Source: an uncultured Desulfobacteraceae bacterium (GTDB lineage Bacteria > Desulfobacterota > DSM-4660 > Desulfatiglandales > B25-G16). From it: a DNA stretch of 48,435 nt. Shown here one piece after another: positions 46,897 through 48,435 of this stretch; positions within the stretch are counted from its first letter, which is position 1, and the number at the start of each line of letters is the position of its first letter. The DNA is taken from NCBI GenBank assembly GCA_964389665.1, contig CAYMFC010000002.1, positions 1 through 48,435 of the forward strand, read 5' to 3'. The position numbers and the translations under genes were made by a program. The notes beneath the pieces are model-generated. The model made no database searches. It was not told where the DNA came from and saw nothing but the letters and a program-made list of their open reading frames with translations.

Positions 46897-47793
46897 CTAG
46901 AGCGCCCTCAGCCACTCCGGCCTGAGGCCAACCTTCCCCTCAAGGGCCATATCGATGAGATGAAGCGCCTGCTCTTTTCCCTGCGGATACCTGACCTTGA
47001 CGGGGAGGTAGTTGGATGCGTGGTTTGAAAAGAAAAGCCCTCTGCTCAGGCCTGTAGATGCTATCATTTCCCGCAACTCACGGAGCATTCCTTCATTATC
47101 GGGCAGCTGAAATCTGCCTGCTGCCAGATCATCCTCCAGTGGCGTTCCGGGTATGATCATCAAGGTGAGGGCGCCCACATAGTCCGGGTCCATGGCACTG
47201 AGCAGCTCGCCTGTCGCCTTTGCGTGGATGAGCGAACGCTCCGCGCCTGCTATGCCCAAAAGCACCGTCACCGAGAGCTGTATCCCTGCCCTCTTGACCT
47301 TCAGGCCCATGTCGAGGAGCCTCTGGGCATTCGCTCCCTTCCGAATGGCCTCCAAGGTCTGATCGTCGCCCGTTTCTACGCCAAAGTAGACGATCCCCAG
47401 GCCAAGATCCCTCAATTCCCGCAATTCCTCCTCGCTCTTCAGCCTGATGCCCTTGCTGTTCGCGTACACGCCGACCCTCCTGACCTGTGGCAGGTGCTCC
47501 CGTACCATCTCCAGGATCCACTTCAATCGGGGATAGGGAATGATCAGCGCATCGCCATCCATGATAAAGAGCCTGTCCAGGTGCTTCATATACCGGGAGG
47601 CATAGAGGATATCGCTCAGAATAACATCGTTATCCTTGATGCGAAACCTCTTTTCCTTATAGGTGCCGCAGAAGGTGCATTTGTTATGGGAACATCCCAC
47701 GGTGGCCTGGAGCAGAATGCTGTTCGCCTCACTCGGGGGCCTGATGCATGTCCCCTCGTAGTGCATCCCCTCATGGTGATTCGAAAATGCCAT
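46897..47793 (-). CDS. Radical SAM protein of unknown specificity
   Basis: The 298-aa ORF has the CxxxCxxC motif CSHNKCTFCGTY near the N-terminus and a GVETGDD TIM-barrel-type segment. Confidence 0.78.
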   Translation of the reverse strand: MAFSNHHEGMHYEGTCIRPPSEANSILLQATVGCSHNKCTFCGTYKEKRFRIKDNDVILSDILYASRYMKHLDRLFIMDGDALIIPYPRLKWILEMVREHLPQVRRVGVYANSKGIRLKSEEELRELRDLGLGIVYFGVETGDDQTLEAIRKGANAQRLLDMGLKVKRAGIQLSVTVLLGIAGAERSLIHAKATGELLSAMDPDYVGALTLMIIPGTPLEDDLAAGRFQLPDNEGMLRELREMIASTGLSRGLFFSNHASNYLPVKVRYPQGKEQALHLIDMALEGKVGLRPEWLRAL

Positions 47794-48084
47794 ATATGAC
47801 TCCCTCTTGGTGTACTCTTAAGACATCTGATTATATTATGGTCATTCCATGGCGAAAAGCAAGCCCCAGTCACAACAGAGCAGGCAGGCTCCAGCCTCTT
47901 GAGGGTGTCACTATATTCATTATGGGTTTGGCTAAATCGTGGATGGCTCGTTAAAGCCGAGAGAGATTTTTGAAGGCTCCTATACCGATCGAGGTGCACA
48001 GATCAGGAAAGGTTTCAGGGAAATTTCGATACAAGCGTTTTCCTTAAACCCGGCGCCTTTCCCCGTGTGCCAAGAGCCTTATTG

Positions 48085-48435
48085 TTACTCAATCTTCACA
48101 TCACATCTCAGGCACCGTGCACACTCGCGTTTCACGGTCTCGATATCAAAGCCCTGCTCCACCTCCCTGAAATCCCTTATCCTGTCTTGAGGCGCGATTT
48201 TCGGTGCCTGTTCCATCTCTTTTTCTATGATCTCCTTGGGAACCCTCATGGTAATAGCTATTCTTTCATAGTCTTCTAGAAAGGGGCTCTCCCTCCTTAT
48301 CTCCGAGAGCTCCCTGTCGATCGAAAATGCAGCCCGCTTCCCCGCTGCCAGCGCCTCCACTGCCATGGCGGGTCCGGTCACCGCATCCCCGCCTGCGTAA
48401 ATGCCCTTGAGGTTTGTGGCGAGCGTACGCCTATC
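48085..48435 (-). CDS. Glutamate synthase small-subunit-like NAD(P)H/FAD oxidoreductase, C-terminal part (partial, continues beyond window)
   Basis: The reading frame is open to the window edge and translates as ...LKGIYAGGDAVTGPAMAVEALAAGKRAA..., which is a GltD-type FAD motif. It has a C-terminal CxxC (CARCLRC). Confidence 0.72.
   Translation of the reverse strand, partial: DRRTLATNLKGIYAGGDAVTGPAMAVEALAAGKRAAFSIDRELSEIRRESPFLEDYERIAITMRVPKEIIEKEMEQAPKIAPQDRIRDFREVEQGFDIETVKRECARCLRCDVKIE

Overview
This is a 48.4-kb, densely coding bacterial chromosomal window with about 48 CDS and 3 tRNAs, and no rRNA or CRISPR. All calls were made by eye from the ORF track and from remembered family motifs, without any database search. 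The backbone is housekeeping: purE, tsaC, rapZ, an RNase G/E-family gene behind a fused radical-SAM gene, pilC plus a PilS-like kinase, groES/groEL, comF, a MinD/ParA-type ATPase, rfaE2, tRNA-Arg, a perfect parS with parA/parB, plsY, an ispH fusion, dus, a macro-domain gene, two tRNA-Ser, fmt/def, rsmG, yjbQ, infA, mobA-like plus wbqC-like, a geranylgeranyl-reductase-like gene, rtcA, a thioesterase, a sigma-54 response regulator, PMM/PGM, manC, a radical-SAM gene and a partial gltD-like gene. Gene content suggests an anaerobe of deltaproteobacterial or Nitrospirota type, but I cannot determine taxonomy. Four things look most worth a second look. (1) A roughly 7-kb, visibly AT-richer accessory island lies at about 27.1-34.2 kb between the tRNA-Ser pair and fmt/def. 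It carries mazEF, a decayed vapBC, and a co-directional cassette of an HhH-only RadC fragment, a 1195-aa nuclease-methyltransferase-TRD fusion (type IIG-like) and a Schlafen/AlbA_2-type putative ATPase-HTH protein. This cassette is my best candidate for an undescribed defence module. (2) A 769-aa fusion joins an apparently intact PLP cysteine synthase to a CysRS-like body that has lost both HIGH and KMSKS. (3) IspH is fused to a UbiA-type membrane prenyltransferase. (4) Two families of long palindromic intergenic repeats occur, one of them sitting inside copy-specific inverted flanks at convergent gene ends.
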